From Eledone cirrhosa (lineage: Eukaryota), in contig OZ024744.1 of the NCBI GenBank assembly GCA_964016885.1, positions 79,732,001 through 79,796,000 of the forward strand: DNA of 64,000 nucleotides, written 5' to 3'. Position numbers and translations under genes: made by a program. Position 1 is the first letter of the stretch, and the number at the start of each line of letters is the position of its first letter. Positions 1-12,403 of this stretch are shown here, one piece after another. The notes under the pieces were generated by a model. That model worked only from the letters and a program-made list of their open reading frames with translations, had not been told where the DNA came from and made no database searches.

Positions 1-146
1 TATATATATATACTTAACTAGATGTTTATTGCCGAATAATTGACTTACAGTTGAGAAATCTTCGGAGTTTACGAAGGTTTTTGCTTTTAATCTTTTCTCT
101 GGAAAGTCGACTGTATTCTGTTTATTCGTTTGTCTGTTGCTTTTAT

Positions 147-2164
147 TTAACGCCACGTATATGTAGATAAACGAAAAGCTTCGAAAAATTCATTAATATC
201 AATCTGTCCATCATTATTAAAGTCCATAGTTCTGCCTAGATTTTCAATATCATTTGCTTGAAAATCTCCAATCTTGGTGTGTCTTAGAAGCATCTTCATT
301 CCATCCTTGAATTCATTCATGGTAATAGTTCCAGAGTTATCGACATCGAATGTTCGAAATATAGTTTCCAATATCTCTCTGTTATCATATAGGTACATTT
401 TAGTCAGTGCGGATGAGTTTTCCAGATCCATCATCTTGAAAGTGTTTTCGTAATTCACCATGTTGTTACTGTCCACATCACAGATCCTGCGAATGATCAA
501 ACGCCATGGCAACTTCACTTTCAACACTTTAGACAAACATTGGCAGAATTCTTCCGTAGTGATTTCCCCCGTTTTACCCGTGTCGAACTCAGCGATAGCT
601 TCCTTAAAATCTGGTAGTTTCATTCGAATCATCTCCTTTATTTTATTGAATGCAGTAGTTTCCAAAGAGATTATTTGGGTCTTTTATGTTCAATTTTTCT
701 AATGCAATCTCATTAGTGATATACTCAACGATGCTTAAATTAGTTACGTCGCCAGTATAGACGATGTAAGCACCTTTGTTGCTTCCTCGTTCGTAATAGT
801 TGGATGCAGAGAAGACGGTTAGCACCTGATTGTTATGTGTGTACTCGAAGCCATTCGGCTTACATTCGTGTGATCTTATCAGAAGTAGAAGATTGTTTTT
901 CTGCAAAAAACGTCCGGTTACGTCTGGTCCAAAATATTTTCCACTACCCCTATATAGATTATCGACGCAGCCAAAGTTTTTTCATTGGGTCACTCCAAAG
1001 AATATCAAGGAAATGTTCCCAGTTTTCCTTGTCATACGTCTCAACATCTGGCCCCTGGCCGTATCACTGATAGAAATTTGTCTCTTGGAATGTTATTGAT
1101 TTTATCTAAATCTAATACGTTCGATATTCCTCCATGTACAACCAATATTTTATGATCGATCAACGAGCCTAATGGCAGTAATTTAAATAACATATTGAAC
1201 ATCACAAGGAGGTTTTTTGAGAAATTTCTATATCGCTGAGTAACTTCTTTTATAAAACCATACCTTCTATTTAAAACAGGATCTTCATGGTTGCCTCTGT
1301 TTAAAAATACGTGATTAGGAAACACTAAAATACAGTAAAATATAATCATGCACACTTCCATGGACTTGTGTCCTCTGTCGACGATGTCACCGTTGAAAAC
1401 ATAAGGATTAGTTGTTGAAGGAAGATTATTTTTGTGAAATATTGTGAGGAGGTCATCCAAACTGCCATGTAAGTCTCCAATAATAGTCACCTTCTTCGTT
1501 ACTGACGTGGTCACATTATACAGATTCTTTCGAGTTTTTCATTTTCAAAATCATATCCTTCAGTATCTTCGAAACATAAGCAGCATGAATTAATTTTCNN
1601 NNNNNNNNNNNNNNNNNNNNNNNNNNNNNNNNNNNNNNNNNNNNNNNNNNNNNNNNNNNNNNNNNNNNNNNNNNNNNNNNNNNNNNNNNNNNNNNNNNNN
1701 NNNNNNNNNNNNNNNNNNNNNNNNNNNNNNNNNNNNNNNNNNNNNNNNNNNNNNNNNNNNNNNNNNNNNNNNNNNNNNNNNNNNNNNNNNNNNNNNNNGA
1801 AAAAGAGCTTCTTCAGTGGTAGACGAGTATTGAGTGGACAAATTGTAACTCAGATGTTGACTGATTAAATTTATTTATCTTTGTGTCTTGAAATTCTTGA
1901 ATCAATAATTTAAACATCTTACTCAGTCTTAATTGATCTTGTTCGCCGAATATTCAAGCTCTTGAATATATTCCAGGCCACTTCTCTTCGTATTATCAGC
2001 TTGCTTGACCAAGCACGAAACCATTTCTGAATCAACAGAGCTGCCTTCACGTCCGATAATGTCAATGAGACGGGAAGGGATTCTCTGTGACTTCTGAAAA
2101 AAGGTGATAAATTAGAGACAGCTGTCGGGCTTCTGGTCATTATCTTCGAACAGCAGCTGCCCAT
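147..2164 (-). CDS. PPEF: Ser/Thr protein phosphatase with EF-hands (PPEF/rdgC family), apparently intronless; frameshifted as assembled and interrupted by an N gap
   Basis: Collinear ORF pieces. N-terminal MGSCCSK acylation motif and IQ motif AALLIQKWFR (1919-2164). PPP catalytic motifs GDLHG, GDIVDRG, NRGNHE, VHGG (1041-1514), DILWSDP and FGPDVT (~920-1010), IRSHE and TVFSASNYY (643-906). C-terminal EF-hands DTGKTGEITTEE, DVDNSGTITMNE, DFNNDGQIDINE (147-665). Frame changes occur at short homopolymers, so gene versus pseudogene status is uncertain. Confidence 0.9.
1599..1798. other. Assembly gap (200 N)
   Basis: Run of N in the sequence. Confidence 1.
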
Positions 2165-2459
2165 ATCAAACTTTCGATTCAGTTATGAATCTCCTATCTT
2201 TCCAATCTATCTATCAATAAAGAAATCTATCTTTCCAATATAGATAGATGATGTTAAAATTCGTCTTCTTCCTCCGACAACATCATTTCAAGTAAAAATG
2301 TCGCCGCTGGCGACGTGTGCAATCTCTTAAAACCTCTTATGTTGTCACTGCGTGCATTTTACTTTGTAACTTATTGCTATCTGCTTAGGTATATATGCAA
2401 CGGCACTCTTCTTTTTTTTTTCTTTTTCTTTTTTACGACATACTGTCTTTGAGTGAGTT

Positions 2460-2488
2460 TTTATATATACTATATATATGTATATATA

Positions 2489-2556
<68 letters not shown>

Positions 2557-2588
2557 GTGTATCTCTCCTCTCTCTATATATATATCTG

Positions 2589-2640
<52 letters not shown>

Positions 2641-2703
2641 TATATGTATTCATACACACACACATTTTTATTTACTATATATATATATATATATATATAT
2701 ACA

Positions 2704-2748
<45 letters not shown>

Positions 2749-2750
2749 CA

Positions 2751-2801
<51 letters not shown>

Positions 2802-2830
2802 GCAATGTGTATGTATGTATGTATATTTTT
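2460..2830. repeat. Compound (TA)n/(CA)n microsatellite
   Basis: Direct reading; it produces the spurious YIYI ORFs. Confidence 0.97.
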
Positions 2831-3331
2831 GTTTTATGTGCGTGTTGGGAGGTGAGGGGTGCATGTACACATATTAAGTGCGAATACTAATTAGAATAAT
2901 GATGATAATGATAGTTGATTGATGAGTAAAGAAAAGAGTGCTGAAGAAAGGTTCCCTTCTTTTCACTGTTTCTATCAGGTTTACAATTTTCCATTAACAC
3001 TGACAACGAACCAACCACTGGATATAATAAGAATAAAAATAATTCGGCTGCATACTATAGTGAATGTCATTAATTGTCTTCAGAGACCCATAGCTGATCC
3101 ATACGAGTTTAAACCTATAGCTAATTATGAATGAACGTGAAGTAAGCGGACAGTCCAGCCACAAATGATGGACAATGGAAGCTAGCTAATGTCTTTGTGC
3201 GGTAGATAACAAAACCTTTTTGTTCTTGAAATACGATTCTAACAGTTATTAACTGACCGTTTCTCATCATCAACCAGTTCAGTTCTGTACGTGTTTGCTT
3301 TTTTTAAAACAAATTTTTATATATATATATC

Positions 3332-3367
<36 letters not shown>

Positions 3368-3378
3368 ATTATATATAT

Positions 3379-3416
<38 letters not shown>

Positions 3417-3455
3417 AAAATAAAAAGTCAAATGTTAAAATTTAGCTTCGTTATT

Positions 3456-3511
3456 ACTGCTATATATATTTCGGTGACAGCCATCTTTTGGCTGTGACCT
3501 CTTCAGGCAGT
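3456..3511 (-). ncRNA. Minimal type I hammerhead ribozyme (inverted copy)
   Basis: Reverse complement of the 3733-3787 motif, with the core intact. Confidence 0.83.
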
Positions 3512-3732
3512 CCGAATTAGTGTGGTAGAGACAAGGTATATATGTTGTTGAGGTGTATAACTTTGTCAATACTCTGATATGCCCAGTTCCTGGTTGGGTT
3601 GTTATTTCATTGAGGAAATGTTTCCAGTTCCTCAGTGAAATAACAACCCAACCAGGAACTGGGCATATCAGAGTATTGACAAAGTTATACACCTCAACAA
3701 CATATATACTTGTCTCTACCACACTAATTCGG

Positions 3733-3787
3733 ACTGCCTGAAGAGGTCACAGCCAAAGATGGCTGTCACCGAAATATATATAGCAGT
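3733..3787 (+). ncRNA. Minimal type I hammerhead ribozyme
   Basis: ACUGC (helix I)-CUGAAGA-GGUCACAGCC/GGCUGUCACC (helix II)-GAAA-UAUAUA-UA-GCAGU (helix I'). Predicted cleavage after A3782. Confidence 0.85.
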
Positions 3788-4111
3788 AATAAACGAAGCT
3801 AAATTTTAAACTTTTGACTTTTTATTTTACTTTATTTTACACTACTCCGGAGTAACCAAACCAACCTGCTCCAGCCTGCATTCTGAGGTGTTGGTATACA
3901 ACCAACATATACTCAAAATCTATATATGGCGGAGTCCCAGCATGGCCTCAGACGGATGGCTGAAACAGGTAAAAGAGGTAAAAGAGATATGTATATATAT
4001 ATATATATAAGCAAAGAGATATTTAATTTGCTGGTAATTCAACAAATTTATTTATTATAACAGATTCGAAGCACTCTACAGTATTTCCTGGAGTATAATA
4101 TCAATGATATT

Positions 4112-4297
4112 AATTGTTTCTACTTTTGGCACAAGACCAGTAAATACTCAATACATTACTGGTACTTTATTTTATTTACCCCGTAAGGATGAAAGGCAAA
4201 GTTAACTCGGCGGGATTTAAACTCAGAATGGCAAGGGCCGTAACTCTATGTGTCAAAGCATGGCGTCCGACGCCTCTACCGATACTGCCAATCCACC
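4112..4297 (-). mobile_element. tRNA-derived SINE (Meta/MESC-like core GCCTTTCATCCTTACGGGGTCGATAAAATAAAGTACCAG)
   Basis: A-box GGCAGTATCGGTAG and B-box GAGTTTAAATCC. Other copies at ~19620-19730, 39626-39800, 58945-59042 and 62130-62345. Confidence 0.8.
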
Positions 4298-4669
4298 ACC
4301 ATCAATGATATTAATAAATGGAAACTATATTTATAAAACCATATTTATTTTATTATTATATATTTCAAGGGTACCAAAACTTTGGTACGCTCGCATCAGA
4401 TAAAATACAAAATTTGTTTTATACATAGTGACATACCCGATAAACCAGACCTTTTCGGTTCAGGTTCTATTTGGACATATATATATACACACACACACAT
4501 CACACACACATATATTGTGTGTGTATGATTGCGGTGGTGCTTTTTTTTCTTTCTTTTCTAACAAAACTACATTCCTAACTAGGGAAGAAAAAAAATCATT
4601 ACACACAAACACAGAGAGAATGATAGGAAGATAGCTAGCTAGAGAGAGAGGGAAAGAGAGATAGGTAGA

Positions 4670-7600
4670 TAAATTTCTTTATTAGCCACAAGGGCACAAA
4701 AGAAGGGGACAAATACAAATGGGGAGTTTACATACAGGTATATGAAAATAAAACTATTAATAAAACAACAAATAACAATTGAAATCCCCAATAGGGGGGA
4801 GGCGTTACACAGGGGTTGTACACACCCCGAAAAAATGTACAACCCTCATCTCCAGGAGCACCAAGAGTGAGTACTCCCTTCCTCTCTTCCTCTTTTTCCT
4901 CAACCTACAGGCTTATATAGGGAGAAGGCCCAACCACTCGGGCCATCTTTGCCACATTCACCCACCTTTCATAAAATTTGCTGGGGTACAGCACCTCTCT
5001 CTCCATCCTGATTCTTCTTCCAAAGTGGTATTTGAAAAAACGAATCAGTTGTTCGCCGGAGAGAAAGGTGTCTGACCTCAGCCCTTTTAACCTCGTCCAC
5101 CATATAACCTCTTTCACCATAGCCATAACACATAGGAAAACCGCTTCTCCTTCGTTTTTGAAGGATGGTGGCGGTTTGATCATGACAATGGACTCGGTGG
5201 TCAACTGGATTGGTCCCACCCGCGACAATAGTCGTTCTACATAGCCCCACAGGTCGGGAACGCCCGGGCAGTGTACAAATACGTGTGCGACGGTTTCCTC
5301 GTCGCGTACGCATCTCGGACAGATCTTTTTCGAAGGGTCCCTGCCCGGACGCCCATGTCTGTAGAGCTTGTCTCGAACTGGTAGAGCTCCTTGGTAGCAC
5401 TGCCAGGCCAGGGACTTTTGGAAGTTGTCCATCGGTCCCGGGCGGAAGGTACTACCGAACAGACTGGCCAGTTCGTCCCCCTCTACGCCCAGAGTTTCTC
5501 CGAGCGCGTCGTCGCACTTGCTGCGGACCAACCCTCTATAGAATGACGAAGTGGAGTCTCCACTGATCGCCGGGTCCGTTTGCCAGAGACTGCGAGCGCC
5601 TGAGCACATTCGATGTGCCAGTCGCCCATTTCCTCGGTCTTTGCTTGACCCAGGACTGCAGCTCGGTCAGCGAGACGAGTCGTAGGAAGGCTCGCCTCAC
5701 GAACGGGGCCCACACCAGTTGTCCGGTGAGGAATACGTGGAGGTGCCGCAGCCTGAGCGCGTGTTTGCGCATCGTCAGCCACGGCATCCCCAGCCCTCCG
5801 TTTGAAGAGTGTTGGCAGCAGATGGATCTTCTCACCAAAGGAGCCCGTTTCTTCCAAAGCAATTGAAAGAGCGCACGCTCCATTTTGGTGAGCGTTTTGG
5901 CTGGACAAGACACGACGGTCAAGCGATAGTAGATGACGGACGCTATAAAAGTGTTCGTCACCTCTGTTCGACCTTTCAAGGATAGTTTGCACTCGGCCCA
6001 CTTCTGGGTGAGCGCAAATACCTTGTCCGTCACCTCGTTCCAGTTCTTCTCCACCTGGAGGTCCGGACCAAACCAGACTCCGAGCAGCTTTACCGGTCCT
6101 TCCGTCCAGAGTCCGACGCCGCCATCGGAAGGCATCGGTTTGCCTCTCCACGTTCCGAGTTACAAACCGACGGATTTGTCCCGGTTCAGCTTCGCTCCTG
6201 TGAACCTTTCGTATTCCTTCAGTAAGGTGTCGACCTCCCCGATTTGCGAGGTGCTCGACACCATTACTGTCACGTGGTCGGCGTAGGCCGATGCCGCTTT
6301 CCGCAGTCCCGGTTCCAAAGGGATGTCCTGCAATAGCTCCAACTTCCGCAGTAGTGGCTTGAGAGTCAGAAGGGAGGAGAGATGGCATCCCTGTCGGATG
6401 GATCGCGTGATATGGAACGGCTCCGAGAGGTAGCTGTTCACCTTGACCCTTGAGCAGATGTTGCTGCTGTGCATTGCAGCAATCCAGCCCCTTAACACGG
6501 TACCGAAGCCTGCCGCCTCGAGCACCGCATCCAGGTAACGATGGTCAACCCTATCGAAAGCCTTAGACTGATCCAAGTTGATCAGGGCCCCACCGAAGCC
6601 GGATTTACACCCTACTCTCTCTATGATGTATCGCATGAGGTGGAGGTTGTCGTGTATGGACCTGGTCGGGATTGCGCATGTCTGCGCTTCTCCCATCAGG
6701 TTTTCGACGACAAGCGCCAGCCTTTTTGCCAACACCTTGGCCAAAATCTGTAACTCTGCGTTTAGCAGAGTTATGGGCCGGAAGTTGCCTATGTCACCCC
6801 CTTATTCTCGTCCTTCCTGGCTAGCATGACTACGCCCTTGGTCACAGAACTGGGAATTCTCCCGTTCTGCTGCCAGTTGCAGTAGACCGCTTCCAAGAGA
6901 CCGGAGAACAAATCCGGCATTGCTACGTAAAATTCGTAGCGTAGACCGTCGGACCTGGAGATTTGCGTTTGCCGCATTGGCTCAGCACGTCCTCTATCTT
7001 AGCGGCCGAAATCGGCCTTTCGCAGAACTTCGCCTCGCTGTCCGAGAGTCGCGGCAGGCCGTCGAGGTATGGACCGAAATCCATAGCCCCTCTCCCGGCG
7101 CGGCGCCCTGCCCGAACAGTTGAGCAAAGTGCTGCTGAAAGGCCGCGCACATCTGCTTCTGATCACGTATCACGCGTCCGTCTTGGTCCTTCAAAGACCG
7201 AATCGTGGACTTGTTGCCGCTTTTCGCCTCCATCGCTCGGGCCCAGCTAACAGCTTTGGCTGCCTCGTTTCCCAGAGCACGTATTTTGCTCCTGACAACG
7301 CGGTCTAAGGACGTTCTCGTCGCTAGCACGCTGGCTACGTTTCCACTCCTAAGTGCCTCTTCTACTTTATCTAGCAGTTACTTTTCGGTCTTATTTCTAT
7401 CTAACACTAATTCTTTACTAAAACCTATCGAGTCTAATCTAACTGCCCTCTTGAGAGAGTACCACCATCTGTTGGTGACAATAGCCCCGTCAGGTGTTGC
7501 TTAACTATAGTGCTAATCCGTCTACTGTAGGCTTTGCATGTCGGTAACGACAAGTTCAGCCTCCAGTAGCCGGGTTCCTGTCTATGGATTCTGTCAAGGT

Positions 7601-8612
7601 TGACTATGCAGGTCACTAGTTTGTGATCTGAATAGGCAACCATGGAGATTTGTGGACAGCTTAACATGTCCCTATCACTAACTCTAACTAGAAACCTATC
7701 TAGGTACGATCTAGATGTCCCGCTATGGTTGGTCCACGTCCACAGTGGTACAGTCGGAAAATCTAGTCGATATCTATCGGCCAGTTGAAATCGGCCGATT
7801 AACTGTTTGAGGCTGTTACACCCGCCTCTATCGAGACATGCTCCCACATAGTCCCATTGTGCATCTAGGATTCCATTCCAGTACCCCACTAACAGCAAGG
7901 AGCGGGACGTTCCCAGAAAAGTCTCTAGACGTTTGAAGAAGTCTGGCTGCGGTGTCCTAGATAGGGCATATGCGGCCACCAACCTGGAGGCTTCACCTTC
8001 ACTACCGTCAACGTCTAGGACCACCAGTCGACCCTCCGGGTCCAGATGTACCGTCTGTGTTACGAGGTCCAAGTGTTTCCGCAGCAAAACGGCAACCCCA
8101 CCCCCACCTCCCGGCTGACAAAGAGATGTGTAAATCTCAAAGTCGTCTAAGATGGGGGCCAGTTGCTGCTCGCTGTGGATCCTGGACACGCAAATGGCTA
8201 CTACATCCATACCGTGCGACCTGAGGTCGTTTAAGAGTTTGCCCTGTTTCCAGGGCAACCCCAGGCCGCGTACATTCACACATCCAACTCTTATATTGGC
8301 CATGTTGGTGCTGAAAAGTTAAAAGAAGAGGAAAAGAAATCACTCACCTCTTCGTCTCCTGGGGACCAGGCTGCACAATTTCTATGGGGGTGTTGGAGGG
8401 ATTGTTTGGTGGTGGTTTCTGGCGGGGTGGGGACGGAGATGTTTGGTGGAGAGAGGGTTCTGGTGGGATGGGGCTGTCTGGAGTGGGGGTGTCTGGGTTG
8501 GGGGTGGGGAAACATTTTAACAGGACTCGATTGTAGGGTTTGACGCAGGGGTTACCTACGTGGTTAGGAAATTTTCCTTTTAACTGTTTATGTGTGTCCA
8601 TGGAGATCCTAA
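4670..8612 (-). mobile_element. Tx1/L1-clade non-LTR retrotransposon, near-complete degenerate ORF2 (4905-8303) plus 3' UTR; 5'-truncated
   Basis: APE endonuclease start MANIRVGCVNVRGL ... SYLDRF ... SDHKLV. RT motifs RPITLLN, LDQSKAFDRVDH, RQGCHLS, AYADH, KLLGVWF. C-terminal zinc knuckle CPRC...ETVAHVFVHC. Several frameshifts. 3' UTR ends at an AATAAAGAAAT motif. Confidence 0.93.
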
Positions 8613-8614
8613 TC

Positions 8615-8832
8615 ATTTTAGGTAGATAGAGAGAGAGAGGGGGGAGAATGATAGGAAGATAGATAGAGAGAGAGAGGGGAGAATGATAGGTAGATAGATA
8701 GAGAGAGAGAGGGAGGAGAATGATAGGTAGATAGATAGATAGATAGAGAGGGGGGGGGAATGATAGGTAGATAGAGAAAGGGGGAGAATGATAGGTAGAT
8801 AGATAGAGAGAAGGGAAAATGATAGATAGATA
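8615..8832. repeat. Compound minisatellite (GA)n(G)nGAATGATAGGTAGATAGATA
   Basis: About six imperfect copies read directly. Confidence 0.85.
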
Positions 8833-9682
8833 GATTTCTTTATTTGCCACAAGGGCGCACAAGAAAAGGGGACAATACAAAGACATGCCGGGGATTTTAC
8901 ATATAGTCGTGTAAAAAATATGAAACAAACAATTATAACAATCGAAATCCCCAATAGGGGGGAAGCACCACAAATACCCCGTCGATAGAACAACCCTCAA
9001 CTTCAGGAGCGTCTTCCTTTTGCTCTCTTCTTTAACCTACAGGGTTATAAACAGAGAAGGTCCAATCACTCGGGCCATTTTTGTCACATTCACCCACCTT
9101 TCAGTAAATTTACTGCAGTGCAGTGCCTCTTTCTCCACCCTGATTCTCCTTCTAAAGTGATACTTAAAGAAGGGAATCAATTGTTGTCCGAAGAGAAAGG
9201 CATCTGTCCTCAGTCCTCTCAACCTCGTCCACCATATAACTTCTTTCACCATAGCCACTGTACAGAGGAAAACCGCCTCCCTTTCGTTTTTGAAAGAGGT
9301 TTGCGGTTTGATCCTTACTATGGACTCGGCAGTCAACTGGATTTGTCCCATACGCAACAGCAGTTGTTCTGCCTAGTTCCACAGGTCGGTTACGCCCGGG
9401 AAGTGTACAATTGCGTGCAGGACTGTTTCAATGTCATGCGCGCATCTTGGACATGTCCTCTTGGAAGGATCCCTGCCGGGGCGTCCGTGCCTGTAGGTCT
9501 TGTCGCGAACCGGTAGAGCTCCTCGGTAGCACTGCCAGGCCAGGGACCTCTGGAAGTTGTCCATAGGTCCCGGGCGGAAAGTCCTACCAAACAGACTGGT
9601 GAGCTCATCGTCTTCGACGCCCAGAGTCTCTCCGAGCACGTCGTCGCCCTTGTAACGTACAATCCCTCTATAGAATGTCGAG
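8833..9682 (-). mobile_element. Tx1-type LINE 3' fragment, copy 2
   Basis: Same ORF2 C-terminus (FQRSLAWQCYRGALPVRDK, KEVIWWTRLRGL) and same 3' UTR as 4670-8612. Confidence 0.9.
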
Positions 9683-9714
9683 CTAGAGAGAGAGAGAATG
9701 ATAGGTAGATAGAT

Positions 9715-11052
9715 ATATTTCTTTATTTGCCACAAGGGCGCACAAGAAAAAGGGGACAAAACAGACACATGCCAGGGATTTTACATACAGTCGTGTAAAA
9801 ATATTGAAACAAATTTAACAATCGAAATCCCCAAAAGGGGGGAGGCGTTACAAATGGGTTGTTTAATAGATAGAACAACCCTCAACTTCAGGAGCGTGTT
9901 GTGCAAGTGTTCCTTTCTTCCTTTTGCTACAGGTTTATATACAGAGAAGGCCCAATCACTCGGGCCATTTTTGCTACAATCACCCACCTTTCAGTAAATT
10001 TACTGGGGTACAGTGCCTCTCTCCACTCTGATTCTCCTAAACTGGTACCTAAAGAAGGGAATGAGTTGTCCGGAGAGAAAGGCGTCTGTCCTCAGACCTC
10101 TTAATCTCGTCCACCATATAACCTCTTTCACCATCGCCACTATTCAGAGGAAAACCGCCTCTCTTTCGTTTTTGAAAGAAGTTGGCGGTTTGATCCTTAC
10201 TATGGACTCGGCAGTCAACTGGATTTGTCCAGCAGTTGTTCTGCATAGTTCCACAGGTCGGTTACGCCTAGGCAGTGTACAATTGCGTGCGAGACAGTTT
10301 CAATGTCCTGCCCGCATCTTGGACACGTCCTCTTGGAAGGATCCCTGCCGGGGCGTCCGTGCGTGTAGATCTTATTTCGAACGGGTAGAGCTCTTCGGTA
10401 GCACTACCAGGCCAGGGACCTCTGGAAGTTGTCCATAGGTCCCGGGCGGAAAGTCTTACCAAACGTCTTCAACGCCTAGAGTCTCTCCGAGCACGTTGTC
10501 GCTCTTATGACGCACTAACCCTCTATAGAATGTCAAAGTGGAGTCTCCACTGATTGCTGTGCCCGCTTGTCAGAGGACTGTGAGCGCCTGAGCGCATTCA
10601 ATGTGCCAGGCGCCCATCTTCTTTGGTCTCCGCTTGACCCAGGACTGCAGCTCCGTCAGCGAGACAAGTTGCGAGAAGGCCTGTCTCACAAACGGTGCCC
10701 ACACCGGTTGGTCGGTGGGAATACCTGTAGATGACGTAGCCTCTGCGCATCATCAGCCACGACATTCCCAGCCCCCCGTTGGAAGGGTAGTGACAGCAGA
10801 CGGATCTCCTCACCAGTAGAGCCTGCTTCTTCCAAAGGAACTGGAAGAGCATGGGTTCCATCTTGGTGAGGTGTTCACGTGGACAAGGCACGACGGTCAA
10901 GCGGTAGTAGATGACGGACAATATGAAAGTGTTCTCGACCTTTCAAGGATAGTTTACACTCTGCCCACTTCTGGGTGAGCGCAAACATCTTGGCCGTGAC
11001 CAGTTTTTCTCCACCTGGAAGTCCGGACCGAACCAGACCCCAAGCAATTTCA
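9715..11052 (-). mobile_element. Tx1-type LINE 3' fragment, copy 3
   Basis: KLLGVWFGPDFQVEKNW through the C-terminus and 3' UTR. Confidence 0.9.
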
Positions 11053-11527
11053 CCAAGGGCGCACAAGAAAAGGGGACAAAACAAAGACATATGCCGGGGA
11101 TTTTAAATATTGAAACAAATTCAACAATCGAAATCCCCAATAGAGGAGAGGCGTTACAAATGGATTGTTTAATACCCCGTAGATAGAACAACCCTCAACT
11201 TCAGGAACGTGTTGTGCAAGTGCTCCTTTCTCCTTTTGTTTCTCATCTTCAACCTACAGGTTTATATACAGAGAAGGCCCAATCACTCGGGCCATTTTTG
11301 CTACAATCACCCACCTTTCAGTAAATTTACTGGGGTGCAGTGCCTCTCGCTCCACGCTGATTCTCCTTCTAAAGTGATACCTAAAGAAGGGAATGAACTG
11401 TTGTCCGGAGAGAAAGGCATCTGTCGTCAGTCCTCTCAATCTCGTCCACCATATAATCTCTTTTACCATAGCCTCTATACAGAGGAAAACCGCCTCCCTT
11501 TCGTTTAAAAAAAAAAGTTGGCGGTTT
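11053..11527 (-). mobile_element. Tx1-type LINE 3' fragment, copy 4
   Basis: MVKEIIWWTRLRGL...VIGPSLYINL plus a 3' UTR lacking the terminal tail. Confidence 0.88.
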
Positions 11528-11685
11528 AGCTAGAGATATATATCATTCTTGTCTAAAAACAGTAAAGTTCATCATGGTTGAGGAGGGCATGATTCGCAAA
11601 GTGATTTTAAATTTAAAACAGATTTATACTGAAATATTGACTTGTTATTGTTTTGTCGGTATACACAAGCATACACACATACATG

Positions 11686-12403
11686 TGTAACGGAATATTA
11701 TGTGTGGTTGTAACGATAAGTGGATGGATGGATGTAACTGTTGGTATGGTGGTTTCGATGTAAAGAAAAATACCAGGATTGTGCTGTTACAAAGTTTATT
11801 TTATTACAACAATATTCAATTTGAATATTGAATGATAAAATAATTGACACAAAATATTCATACAATAATTTGGTGGTTCTTCGAGCCACGTAAATTCAAG
11901 TATCACAGAATACGATTGTAATATGTGTAAACAGAAATGAATGGTGCTTGTACAAATGCTGGACTCACTATGAATGCGTGTGTGCGGCGTATCAGTATAT
12001 TTACTTATTTGTATTGCAGGAGTCAGCGATCAGCCAGGGAGGTGAGAATAAATGGCAGACTGGTTTTTTGTGACGAGAGCGTGTAAAAACGTCTCGTCTT
12101 GTCTGTATCCCACTTCTTTTCTACTCGAGGCGTAAACAATCCCTGTCTTTATAAGAGTTGAAGTTAGAAGGATAGATATCTCCTCTGAACTTTGGTTAGT
12201 CTCCCAAGGGATTAGTTTGCCAAGCGTAAACAAGTCAGAAAGATGGATATATCCTCTGACCTATTTTCTGTCAGGCGTAAACACCTCTGACCTGTGTTTA
12301 GCCTCCCCCAAGGAGTTAGTCTCCTGAGCGTAAACAAGTTACCACGGCTTGTCCCAGAGGCGGGAAAGCTCAGATTCGGTTTCGAATCTTCGCCGCCGTT
12401 ATA
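11686..12403. mobile_element. Probable solo LTR (Gypsy-like), 718 bp
   Basis: Termini TGTAACGG...CCGTTATA (short inverted repeat, CA>TA). Flanking 4-bp direct repeat CATG at 11682-11685 and 12404-12407. Internal TATAA at ~12150. Confidence 0.6.

Larger units (their letters stand above)
3411..3925. mobile_element. Penelope-like pLTR-type element with ~205-bp inverted repeat arms (3411-3834), each carrying a hammerhead motif
   Basis: Near-perfect palindrome centred at ~3622 and abutting a (TA)n tract. Hammerhead in each arm, followed by AATAAA, a T-rich tract and CTCCGGAGTAA. Confidence 0.75.

Noticed and set aside
2395-2890. YIYI-rich ORFs (also ~47100, 50450-50740, 56900-57180)
   Set aside because: Translations of (TA)n/(CA)n microsatellites
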